Origin: Octopus bimaculoides
Lineage: Eukaryota
Direction of reading: 5' to 3'
DNA length: 64,000 nt
Assembly: GCF_001194135.2 (NCBI RefSeq)
Contig: NC_068984.1
Location: forward strand, 111,211,665 to 111,275,664
Shown: one piece after another, positions 1 through 11,320 of the stretch
How the letters are laid out: each line of letters begins with the position of its first letter
Numbering within the stretch: the stretch's first letter is position 1
The notes under the pieces: model-generated
The model's input: the letters and a program-made list of their open reading frames with translations, nothing else
Database searches by the model: none
What the model was told of the DNA's origin: nothing
Program-made: the position numbers and the translations under genes

Positions 1-11
1 ATATATATTAT

Positions 12-880
12 AAACACACAGATACACACCAATACCTGAATTCTAAACCGTGCCATCCACCCCATACAAAACGTAACATCCTGTACTGCTTAGCCAGAAG
101 AATCTATACCATTGTCGAGGATCTAAAGACAAGAAATTAGCGCCTGGTGGAACTGAAAGAATTTCGGCTCAAACAAAAATACCCGTCACTACTTATGGAA
201 AATGGTATTCAGCGGGCTTCGAAAATAACCATACAACAACTGAGGACACTGCAAAGAAGAGAAAAACAAGAACAGATCATACCATTTACAGTGACACACA
301 ATCCATGACACCAGAACATCTTCAATATTGCTAAAGCAAACCTACCAATCCTTGCACAAAGTAAGGAATTGAGAAATATCATTACAGATCAAAGTATAAC
401 TCTCAGTAAGAGACAACCTAAAAACTTGAAAAAGGTATTAACAAAGGCAAGGTTTGACCTCAGCAACAAAAATTAAACATTCACTGTATCCAAATGCAAT
501 GATAGCCGATGCGGTACATGCCAATCAATTTATACCGGCCCATATATGAACACAAAAACCGGGAAAATATTCACCAATGTGGACATGAACTGCAAAAGTA
601 GAAATCTAATCTACTGCATCAAATGCCCAAATTAAGAAGAACTGTACATTGGCTAGACAGGTAATGCACTATCGGAACACTCGCGTGTGCATTGACAACA
701 GATAAAAAACCCAGTGGTCTGCCAAATACCACTGAGTAACCATCTGGCAATATGTGGTCGAAAAACTTTTATGATTTTTCCATTCCATAAACTTTACAAC
801 CTGAATGAAATTGAGAGAAAACGCAAAGGAAAGGACTTTATTAAGAAATTCAAAACCACTCTTAATAAACAATGATTAAA
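12..880 (+). mobile_element. Penelope-like retroelement 3' remnant (RT thumb, Cys-rich linker, GIY-YIG endonuclease), pseudogenised; probably Neptune-type
   Basis: Manual translation, same frame at 12, 480 and 585: KHTDTHQYLNSKPCHPPHTKRNILYCLARRIYTIV (PLE RT C-terminus), CNDSRCGTC (495-521), then MNCKSRNLIYCIKCPN*EELYIG*TGNALSEHSRVH*QQIKNP (GIY-YIG; LIY...YIG). In-frame stops include TAG and TGA at positions where CAG and CGA are expected. Confidence 0.9.
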
Positions 881-1080
881 TTAATCTTACTTGGGGTTTA
901 AAATTCTTATCTCTATAACTAAAACAAAAAATCTCTCAAATGTCATCATTTCTAAAAATAAACATTGAAAAATGGTTTGGCATCATCTCTAAAAATAGCC
1001 AAACACCTACTGCTGCTGTCCAAAGGAATGTGTATAAAAGACAAAAGGACAGCCAATCAACTACAGTACATCTGTCAGAC

Positions 1081-1124
1081 GGGACCTTGATGATTGCTAT
1101 GAAGCAGGAAAGTATACTAGCCCC
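1081..1124 (+). ncRNA. Degenerate type I hammerhead ribozyme motif in the 3' region of the PLE
   Basis: GGGAC-CTTGATGA-TTGCT(ATGA)AGCAG-GAAA-GTATAC-TA-GCCCC. Core has one extra T, stem III AGTATACT is palindromic, stem I pairs 4/5. Same strand as and about 200 bp downstream of the GIY-YIG ORF. Confidence 0.55.
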
Positions 1125-1719
1125 TATATATATTTAATACTCAATATTTCATAGATTCAATAAGACATTCAATACTTCATTTAATTTTACTATTTATATT
1201 ATATATTCCATATTCTATATCCCATATTAATTTTATAAGAATATAAATAAAACATAAAAAACAGACAGAGTTGGAACACTTTTAAATAATATATNNNNNN
1301 NNNNNNNNNNNNNNNNNNNNNNNNNNNNNNNNNNNNNNNNNNNNNNNNNNNNNNNNNNNNNNNNNNNNNNNNNNNNNNNNNNNNNNNNNNNNNNNNNNNN
1401 NNNNNNNNNNNNNNNNNNNNNNNNNNNNNNNNNNNNNNNNNNNNNNNNNNNNNNNNNNNNNNNNNNNNNNNNNNNNNNNNNNNNNNNNNNNNNNNNNNNN
1501 NNNNNNNNNNNNNNNNNNNNNNNNNNNNNNNNNNNNNNNNNNNNNNNNNNNNNNNNNNNNNNNNNNNNNNNNNNNNNNNNNNNNNNNNNNNNNNNNNNNN
1601 NNNNNNNNNNNNNNNNNNNNNNNNNNNNNNNNNNNNNNNNNNNNNNNNNNNNNNNNNNNNNNNNNNNNNNNNNNNNNNNNNNNNNNNNNNNNNNNNNNNN
1701 NNNNNNNNNNNNNNNNNTA

Positions 1720-1850
1720 GCATATTGGATGTCCACCTAGTGGTCATCCCTTCTTATACGCATGTAATATAATTTTTCTGAATTATCAGATTTTTTTATA
1801 TGCTAGACCACTGGTTTTAAATTGAAATTAATATTCAATTTATCACCCTC
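1720..1850 (-). repeat. Partial copy of the fold-back family seen at 41050-41423 and 43500-43867
   Basis: Reverse complement matches 43510-43600 (CTAGCATA...AAAAATCTGA...GGGATGACCACTA.GTGGACATC); truncated by the N gap. Confidence 0.75.
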
Positions 1851-1851
1851 A

Positions 1852-1920
<69 letters not shown>

Positions 1921-2584
1921 TGACTGTGTCTAGTTTTTGTACTAATATTTGTCTCCTACCACTTTGTGGTCAAAAGGTAAGGGCTTGTTTACATCCCTGT
2001 AATTTAGTAGCTCAGCAAATTAGAGACCAATAGAATAAGAACCAGACTTTCAAATATAAGTAATGGATCAACTTGTTTGATTATAGCCTTCAACCCAGTG
2101 TCCTAGCATTAGCACAGTCCAATAACTTGAACAGATAAAAGGTAAAATGCCTGTTTATCTTAAATGCTTTACCCTGAATATATTTCTTGTGACATTTATT
2201 TCTTAAACCTTTTACTCTTACCAGCAGCCCAACTCCACTAGAATAGATAGTGGATTGGAAACTCAGCAATTCTATTCTACAACTATTGCATCATTGTACA
2301 CTCCAGGAATAAGGAAACATCTTCCTTCATTAAAACATGCCAAGCTTAAACAACACTCTTTGCTGTCACTTAGTCAAACTGAAAAATACTTAACTCTTAG
2401 ACATAGACAACTATTCATTATGCTAACATATCCAGTGGAACGGTATTTGTTCATTATATTTGTTAAATCGTGTGCTGTGAGTAATAGTGTATATATGTGT
2501 ATGTATATGTAAACTGTATAAATGTATATGCATGCATATATACATACATATATATGTGTGTGTATATACATATACATACATATG

Positions 2585-2617
<33 letters not shown>

Positions 2618-2734
2618 ATATATGTATACATATATATATATATATTATATATAATATATATATATATATTTTATATTAATTTATATATACTTTATATGTG
2701 TGTGTATACATATACATATACATACATGAATATA

Positions 2735-2772
<38 letters not shown>

Positions 2773-2782
2773 NNNNNNNNNN

Positions 2783-2815
<33 letters not shown>

Positions 2816-3583
2816 AAACACATCCATACAAGCACACACACGTGTGCATATACATACACGTATGTATACACACACACACACACACACACATATATAAAGA
2901 GAGAGAAATACAAACACACACACACGTGTGTGCGCGTGTGTATTCAGCATTTTGAATAACGAACATGTTTGAATGTTTTAGCAAATTGTTTGGTCAAATG
3001 TAAATAAGTATAGAGAGTTGTTCTGAATACTTCTTAAAGCTTGTAAATAAAATAAAAAAGCAAAACATAAATGAATAAACAATTACTTAATGGGTGGCAT
3101 GTTCTTGCTGACATGCAAGGAAAAAATATCCTAAATAAATAAATTTTTTAAAAACTGAAAAAAAAAAAAAAAAAAATCAATGCTTGAAGATAACGCGTAG
3201 CTATCTGTCTTTCCTTGTATCTTTCGTGTATGATTAATGTTTGATAAACAAGTTGTGAATACACACACAGATATATTGATGCAGGCACATATACACATAC
3301 ACGTACATATACACACACCCATGCATGCTGTTCATTCATAGACAAATAATATAGTATAATAGAAATACAAAAAAACAAAACAACAAAAACCATGATGACC
3401 TCATAACTGTGTCAATGGTTATTCATAAACATCAGGAAGGGGTTCACAATTGCACCTGTTCAACCTTTCAGCTTTATATATGCTTCTGGTACTAAATATA
3501 AATGGCCAATTTTGGTGTTGGGATGCTGTTTGTTACCATCCGTATGCATTTTACCTGGTTTGCTTTGAGTTACATTTCATGCC

Positions 3584-3799
3584 TTAACCATTTACCATTT
3601 ACACTAATCATATCCTACCTGTTTTATGTTCAAACTAGCCAGATCTAGACTCTCACACCTACCCTACAATGTAATTCTGAAAATAAACAATCACATCATT
3701 GAAATCTTGAAGCAAGGATTATAATGCTTGATTAATTCGAAATAATGTGAAGAACTAAATGTTACATTCGACAGAGTAGTCTGTACACTAAAATGTTGA
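3584..3799. mobile_element. Degenerate ~215-bp TTAA-type (piggyBac-like) MITE
   Basis: Starts TTAACCATTTACCATT. Body is the reverse complement of the copy at 41880-42110 (shared AAACTAGCCAGATCT, TACAATG, AAATAAACAATC segments). Confidence 0.55.
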
Positions 3800-5349
3800 T
3801 CAATGTTGAAAAGTGATACCAATGATTTTTTTTGATGCACAGTCTCAAAGAATGTTTGAAGGAAAAGAATGGAAGGAACTACAAATTGTGGGTGAATGGT
3901 GATAATAAGTATTAGCACAATCCAGACATTTTGTTATTTATTCTTCAACCAGATACTTGGTCACAATGCTTCTAACACTACAGAATCTGCTAAATGCAAA
4001 AATAAGGGATGAACTTGTTGTGTTAAACCAGATTACAGATTAACTCTACCACAATGTAACCCTTGAAGATTATTACATTTTTTCTGCTTTATTGTTCTCA
4101 CATGTAAAGAAAGAAATACAAAAACATTAATAACAACAAAATTTGTTGTTTAAAGCTTGCATAGGATTAGGATGGCATTTCTACCACCCATTTTCAGACA
4201 AGACAACAATACATTATTCTACTTGCTCATGTGCATTAACCAAACTTTCTAGTATGTAAGACACTTTCATACCTAATTAAGTAATAACCAACAGGACATT
4301 ATAGTAAAACATGCTCCAGTGCTTGCAATGCAAGCAACCATAGGCGTAAATTGATATATATGTATTCATGTGAGTATCTGCGTATGTGTTTGTGTGCATA
4401 TCTAAAATGAATACATCTGAGCATGTCTGTATGCATATGTGTATGTGCATGTGAGTGTGTAAAATGAATGCATTTGTGCATGTATATGTTCATGTGTGTG
4501 TAAAATGAATGCATTTGTGTATGTGCATATATGTCTGTGTCTGGGTGTATGTATCTGGATGTATGTGTGCATGTGTCTGGACGTGTGCATATTTGTGTGA
4601 GTGTGTCAGTGTGTCCATATACACAGTATATTATTGGGCACGGCATGGACAAATGGTTAAGAATTGTGCTTCTAAATAAGGAGGTTTTAAGCTCAATTCT
4701 ATGCTATGGCATCTTGGGTAAGTAGGATTTTGTTGTAGTATCAAATTAGATAAACAAAATTTGTCTTAACTCATAATTGTGATGAATTTGGAGTCCAGTG
4801 TTTAATGGAAGATTTTGTAGACCCTGCCTCAGAGCAATCGAAGTTTTGGGTATGAATTTGAGCAAACTAAAAGGTTGCATTCTGTTACAAAAATGTTGCA
4901 TTGCTCTTTCAATATATTCCTTTAATTCAACATTGAGTTAACAGCCTTCCAACAACTAGTAGTGAAGGACTTTTAGTCTTCATGTAGATATCTCTATAGG
5001 AGATGAAAAACTCTATTGTAACATCTGCAACTGTGTTTGTATCTAATGATGTTGACCAATGGTTCTGAACTAGGGTCCACATGGCCCTTGGGTGTTCATA
5101 TAAGATTTTGTTAAAATTTATGTGCAATAACTATAATACACAAAATATTAAAATTTTTTTACACAGTCCCTAAAAATATTTAATTATAAAAATGCAGTAG
5201 GATATTTTTTTATATATACAGAGACAGATTAGCACTTTGTAGAGTATCAATAGTTGTTAAAGGCTAAAATATTTTCTAGTCTTGAAGAGAGAACAAACAT
5301 AACAAAAAAGCTAGTCATATTTTTTTTAAGTGATGCATACTAAAATAAT

Positions 5350-6330
5350 CTGTTGAACCTGTTAACTATCCCAGAAGCAGGAAGATTAAAAAAAAAATTG
5401 ATATATTTACATAAAATATACTCCTCTTTCCAGAAGACTCAATCTTAAATACCTGATACAAGAAACAAATGATTTCATCAAAAGGATTAGTTGGAGAGTC
5501 TGTATGGATTTAATTAGCTTCTAACAGCATTTGAAGAAGACTCTTACAGGATCTACAAAAGCTTCTATAAAACACTAGACTCCAAATTCAAAGAAATTGT
5601 GAGTTATGACAAATTTTGCATGGAGTTGGCCAGAATATATACCATAATTTTGCTTGCAGTGCAAACTCCAGCAAATATAACAATACAAAAACATTGAATG
5701 CCCGTATTGACATATATCTCCTCCTACCTATATCTTTTTGTTTTGCATACAAAAATCACAAACTGAACTTACATAAATTGCATTAAAATCTAACCTTGGT
5801 ATTATTGGCAAGAACATTCAAGATAAAATCAGATTCAAATTGAGACATGTTCTACGTATGCCTTTATGGAAAAACAGCTTTGGCATCATAAAATGTTCCA
5901 CGTCCATATGAAATAAGAACTCTACTATATTCCAGCAGTTTGATATGAAAATTATAAGGCTTCCATAAGCAAACCCACCATTAAGAAAGCAGTGAATTTC
6001 GAAAGAGAAATTGCAGCCTTCATTGATAGGAATAAATATTGTTCTTCATGTACTAAAAAACATTAAGTCTACTATGATAACTATGTTTGGATTAGTCAAA
6101 TCACCAACACTTTTATGATGTCAAGATGGAGGACTCATTGGAGGCTAGTTATGTCATCAGTTGTTATCTTATCTGGTACATAACTTAAGAAATTACTTCA
6201 CAAGAATTGACAGGAATTTATACAGAGATGATGGGCATCTGATACTGCAATCCAAAAACTGCAATCCACAAACAACTGATACATCTACAAAAACTTTGGA
6301 CTTATTTTTTCCAAAATCATGAATTACTCA
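5350..6330 (+). mobile_element. Heavily decayed Penelope-like reverse transcriptase fragment (YRDDG type)
   Basis: Frameshifted motifs SNLGIIGKNIQDKI, LWKNS, FQQFD and catalytic L-Y-R-D-D-G (YRDDG at 6221-6235), in the order seen in invertebrate PLE RTs (SELGRISK..NQWKNT..FIQFD..GLYRDDG). Confidence 0.75.
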
Positions 6331-6739
6331 TTACTGTGGACTCAAATCTTGTAGAATCCTTTTGGATGTTACCCTAAATTTAAATACTTCTTGGAAACAA
6401 GTGAGGATTGATGACAGAAAGGGCATCCAGCCGTAGAGTATTTGCTTCAGTAAACTCCATTCAACCCATGCAAGCTTGGAAAAGTGAACATTAAAATAAT
6501 GATGGCGAGGTGGGAACTGATTCTTTGTCCCACAATTTCTTATGCTATGTTTAATTATAATAACACTACCTCTAAAACCCTAACTAGTAACTTAGTTAAA
6601 AGCATTTTACCTCAGAATTTCATAGTGATTAATTAAAGGACAAGTATTTAAACACTCTTCACACTGCTATAATGGTCCCTTATATAAAGGTGTCTTTGAG
6701 GATAAGTTAACATATATCGATATAAAAATATAGAGAAAT

Positions 6740-7500
6740 ACAGGAACAAAAAAAGAACGTAAAAAAATAGAGAAAGAAGGAAAGAGGAAGAAAGTGAAAA
6801 GAAGCAGTGAGAGAAAGAGGCAAAGAGAGAGAGAGAGAGCAAAATATCAAGACAAAGAGAAAGAGGAAGGAAAGAGAATGAATGAATGAATGAATGAATG
6901 AGAGAGAGGGAATGAAATAAAGTAAAAGAAAAAGGGGCTTGAAAAAGGAAGGAATAGAATGGAAAAGAGAAAGGTGAGAGAATGAAAAAAAAAATAGGGA
7001 GAATGAAATGGAGAAACAGGGAAGGAAAAAGAGAAATAGAGAGAGAATGAGAAACAGAAAGAGGAGAGAATGAAAGAATAAGTTAGAGGAAGAGAGAGAT
7101 GAAGAGAGAAAGTGTGTGAAAGGTAGAGAAACGGTGAGAGAAAGAGAGACTGAGTGAGAGAGAAAGATACAGGGGAAAAGAAAAAGAGTGAGAAAGAAAG
7201 AGAGAGAGGGGGAACAGAGAGAGAGAAAATACAGAGAAAGAGAGAGAAAAAGAGATGAACTCAGAGAGAGAGAAAGTAACAGAGAGGAGAGAGAAAAAAA
7301 ACAGAAAGAGAAAAAAATCATAGAGAGAAAGAGAGAAAAAGTGATGAACTCAGAGAGAGAGAGAGAGAGAAATAGAAAGAGAAAGAACCAGAAAGACAAA
7401 TAGAGAGAAACAGAGAGAGACAAATAGAGAGAGGCAGAGAGTAACAGAGAGAGATGAAAGTGAGTGAGAGAGAGAAAGAGAGACAGACAGTCTGAGAGGG
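6740..7500. repeat. GA-rich low-complexity tract
   Basis: About 760 bp almost entirely A/G with (GA)n and (GAAT)n runs. Confidence 0.95.
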
Positions 7501-8776
7501 AGCTTTGTCCCTGTTATTCATAAAACCTTGGTCTATCGTTTTATCTCATTCAGCCCAAGTTTGTGTTAATCTTCTCAGTTGTCTGGTCAGAAGACCCCTA
7601 ATTTTCGCAAACCCCTGTGGAGTGTCTAAGCAAGCAGAGTTGAATGTTGCGGAGCAAGGTGGACGTTGAGAGTGAGAGAGAGAGAGAGGGGGGGGGAGAA
7701 AGAAAGAGAAAGGAGAAACAAGGAAGGAGAAATAGAGCAAGAAGAGAAGGAAATAGGCAATGAGATAGAGATAAAACAGCAGAGATAGAAATAGAAAGAC
7801 AAACAGACAGAGAAAGAGAGAGTGAGAGAGGTAGAGATAGAGACAAGGAAGCAGAGCAAGAGAAATACAAGGAAGAGAGAGAGAGAGAGAGAGAGAAAAA
7901 GAGAAGTAAATACTGCAGTAGGGAGCCCAGCATGTGTCACATTGTGAAATAAATCCTTAAGGTATTTTCCCTTCTAAGACCATAACCACCACCACCACCA
8001 CTACTGCAGTTGCTGCTGCTATCACTCCTCCTACCACTATCACCACTGCCATCACCAACACCACTACCACCAACCTGCACCACCCTCACTGCCACAGCAC
8101 CAGCAGTAGCACCACCACCACCACCACCATCCTTCTTCCCTGCTGGTTCCCTCACCCCACTGCCACTGCATCCCATCAGCAGTACGTTCGTTCCTTGACC
8201 CAGTCGTTATGTCATCATCTCATCTCCATGAAACACCACTCCTTACCCCTTACCAACCCCACACAAGCCATATTGACACATATGCTCCTCTCTCTTCACC
8301 CATTTATTCCTCCGTGTACTGCTATTTTCACCACCCCCTGCGAGCCCCACTGCTGAAAGAATATCTAGAAATGTACTTTTGGTTTGAGTCTTCACAGACC
8401 CTTGCAAAGAAACCAATATCTTCTTTTATATATTGTATTTTGGTCCCCTTTTGTTTTGCATGCCCATTCTGTTTCAACCCTCACCTCATCATGCCCATCT
8501 CTCGTTCGCTCTCTCTCTCTTTCTCTCTCTATCTCTCAACATAGACATATGTGCGGAGACAAGAAATTACATACACACACACACACACATACACATGTGT
8601 GTGTCTGTGTGTATGTACATACACATCATCATGTACATATGCATATATGTATGTCAATATAATTAAAAAATAATATATATTTGTATGTATATATATTTAT
8701 ATGAATGTATGTATATATATGTGTGTGCATGTATGTGTGTGCGCCTGTGCTTTATTAATACTTGGCAGAAGCTATA

Positions 8777-8850
8777 GAGTGACTCAAGGGCTAAGAGTTT
8801 CGTGTGTTGCCACTTATCAACACAGGCAACTCTTGGGTCTTGAGTCATTC
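8777..8850 (+). ncRNA. Pre-miRNA-like hairpin (candidate)
   Basis: 33-bp stem (27 Watson-Crick, 3 G:U, 3 mismatches) with an 8-nt loop CCACTTAT. G:U pairs favour the + strand. Not recognised as a known miRNA. Confidence 0.4.
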
Positions 8851-8933
8851 AGCAATTTCTTCCAATTATTAATAAAAAAAACATATAATGAATACTCATG
8901 TTTTGAGTTCGATTTTCCGTGTTTGCATCACAA

Positions 8934-8977
<44 letters not shown>

Positions 8978-8992
8978 ATGTATATATTTATA

Positions 8993-9052
<60 letters not shown>

Positions 9053-9916
9053 CTAGCTGACATACCCGGTAATTCCTGGGAAAGCAGGGCTTATCCCTTG
9101 GTTCCGTTCACATAATTGTTTCGCTAATCCAATAACAACAATACAAAGTATGTAGCCCTAAAAATGGTTTCTGTGCATTTATAGAGAATACCAAACTGTC
9201 TTACACAGGATCTTGTTTTTAGGAATTCCCAATAAGTTATGAATACCCCAATTGTGAAGTCAGTTATATAATAACGTGAAATTAGCTACCCGATAGTAAG
9301 AATTCAAATAAAGTAGCTCCAAAAAGGGCTTTAATGCATTCCCAGAGTATATAGAACATAGGAGGAAATACTAATATGGTATGTATAAAATCATGAAGCA
9401 TGTTACGTAATAACGGGCTAATCAGGTATGAGATAATAACAAATCAAGTAAATAACTCTGAAAAGGGCATTTGTGCATTCCCAGAGAATGTTACCCTCTG
9501 GGGCACTGGTGTTGGTATTTTCGGGAATAAGTCACTAACCAAAATAAGTGGATCTATTGTTTCGGAAAATACTATCTATTTGTTTAAGGCTTGTAATGGA
9601 TAAATTGCAAAAATAAGTCCAACAGTTCAAATACTAAGAAATAAGCACACTCAATTTCCTTTTTTACCGAATAATTTAGGAAAATAAATGGTTTATTTCC
9701 CTTGGATGCTTAAAATAAAATATATTAGATATATATTAGGATCCTTTCCAATGGCCCTATTATCGATTTTTTTTTAACAATCTGAGTATACCATTAGGTT
9801 TCCAGCCATGAGTTCTACTCATGTGTCACTTTTCATCAACATCAATGAAATGATGTAGGAGGAGTTAGCAAACAACTCCACAAACACACCCACAGACAAT
9901 TTCCCACATATGTAGT

Positions 9917-9919
<3 letters not shown>
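9053..9919 (-). mobile_element. Non-autonomous Helitron
   Basis: On the minus strand: A|TC 5' end at 9919, subterminal hairpin CCCAGG-AATTA-CCGGG (9080-9065), 8-nt spacer, CTAG|T 3' end at 9053. Lies between two (TA)n arrays; no TSD. Confidence 0.8.
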
Positions 9920-9990
<71 letters not shown>

Positions 9991-10199
9991 ACTCTTTACT
10001 CTTTTACTTGTTTCAGTCATTTGACTGCGGCCATGCTGGAGCACCACCTTTATAGTCAAGCAAATCAACCCCAGAGCTTATTCTTTGTAAGCCTAGTACT
10101 TATTCTATTAGTCTCTTTTGCCAAACCGCTAGGTTACGGAGACGTAAACACACCAGCATCGGTTGTCAAGCGATGCTGGGGGACAAACAAACACATAGG

Positions 10200-10234
<35 letters not shown>

Positions 10235-10385
10235 GCATATATATATATATATATATACATATACGACAGGCTTCTTCCAGTTTCTGTCTACAGTAGAAGA
10301 CACTTGCCCAAGCTGCCATGCAGTGGGACTGAACCCGGGACCATGTGGTTGGCAGGGCAAGCTACTTAACACACAGCCACTCCTG
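9991..10385 (-). mobile_element. tRNA-derived SINE family B (tRNA head, CORE-like segment, internal (TA)n(TG)n, LINE-like tail), near full length
   Basis: Head CAGGAGTGGCTGTGTG...GGGTTCAGTCCCACTGC...TTGGGCAAGTGTCTTCTAC; tail GGTGCTCCAGCATGGCCGCAGTCAAATGACTGAAACAAGTAAAAGAGT. Further full or partial copies at about 1925-2140, 11325-11460, 12533-12650, 13930-14160, 16195-16355, 23335-23560, 32790-32995, 39570-39730, 40080-40440, 41455-41800, 48365-48520, 59660-59820, 60290-60430, 61420-61810 and 63780-64000. Confidence 0.85.
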
Positions 10386-10569
10386 ATATATATGATTAAG
10401 GGGAGAGATGGAAGATATGAGAATAATTATTAATCACTACAATTGTTTCAGCCCATTTAGCATTGATCCCTCATGGGTGGAATACTTAACAACTGGTTTA
10501 GGAGTATCCATCGGTGTTGGTGTGTCTCTTCAGGTAATAATAAAATGTAAATCTTTAAAATAAGAGCTG

Positions 10570-10910
10570 TTCCCTTTCTAGCAGTAGCAATACTTGTAGA
10601 CCAATGCTCTCTGAGTAATTTCCCATCGTTGGTACAGGACAACTGCCAGCTAGAGATAGCAGCTACTCATTCTTGCTTACAGTATATACTTTGAAAGCTA
10701 CACACAGTTGCTGATCTCATAAAGAGAAAAATGACTAGTTTTAAATATCTGAGCAAGGACGTCTACTGCCCCCTTTCTAGCCTTAGCCATACCTCTAGAC
10801 CAATAGTTTCTGGGTAATTTCCCTTCATCGGAACAGGACAACCTCTGGCTAGAGATAGCAGCCACTCGCTCTTGCTCACTGTATATACTTTTAAAGTGAC
10901 ACAGGCATCA
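10570..10910 (-). repeat. Diverged tandem repeat (period 199 bp, about 1.7 units), each unit with a degenerate hammerhead motif
   Basis: CCCTTTCTAG at 10572/10771 and TAGACCAAT at 10597/10796. Minus strand reads CCTGTT-CCGATGA-AGGG(AAATTA)CCCA-GAAA-CTATTG-GTC-TAGAGG and CCTGTA-CCAACGA-TGGG(AAATTA)CTCA-GAGA-GCATTG-GTC-TACAAG. Confidence 0.55.
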
Positions 10911-11070
10911 CTATGGTTAGAAAGGGAGCAATAGACTCCCTTGTTCATAGTATACAGTTTCAGATCATGTGTCAGTAGCCAGCTGAAAATGATGTTTTCC
11001 TGGGGTTAAAAAGTAGTAATATCGTTCTACATAGGACTGTCACGTTGTGTTGGCAAACATGAGACTTTAC

Positions 11071-11135
<65 letters not shown>

Positions 11136-11138
<3 letters not shown>

Positions 11139-11320
11139 CTGAAAAGTTCGTGGCTTTGGGTAAAAGAAAATACAGGAGGAAGACCAGTTAATTACGAGTT
11201 ACACACTTATTGCAGCAGTCCTTCAGTTTTTCTAAGCCCTGTAACAAAACTCAGAAGGTTGGGCCTCCAGTCAGGCCTTTCACGAAACCCTTAAAGCCAG
11301 AAACGTTTCAGAACACGCTC
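11136..11320. mobile_element. Mariner-like MITE remnant
   Basis: Terminal inverted repeats GTGCTGAAAAGTTCGTGGCTTT (11136-11157) and AAAGCCAGAAACGTTTCAGAAC (11293-11314), 18/22 identical. Confidence 0.6.

Noticed and set aside
2374-3393. Many ORFs of IYIY, HTHT or CVCV type (also at 8.4-9.1, 12.1-12.8, 20.4-20.8, 24, 27, 30, 36.9-37.3, 46, 48-49 and 60 kb)
   Set aside because: Translations of (TA)n/(CA)n microsatellites, which lack stops in several frames; no protein signal.
4800-5127. Possible non-LTR RT fragment on the minus strand (HINFNKILYEH...)
   Set aside because: Only vague resemblance to IDFSKAFD-type motifs; not supportable without an HMM search.
7553-7648. Candidate plus-strand exons (7553-7648 and 20097-20174)
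   Set aside because: AG/GT boundaries and an open frame exist, but donors are weak, the peptides are unrecognisable and no consistent exon chain is visible.
6707-7940. 238-aa and 104-111-aa Leu/Ser/Phe-rich ORFs
   Set aside because: Antisense reading of GA-rich low-complexity DNA.
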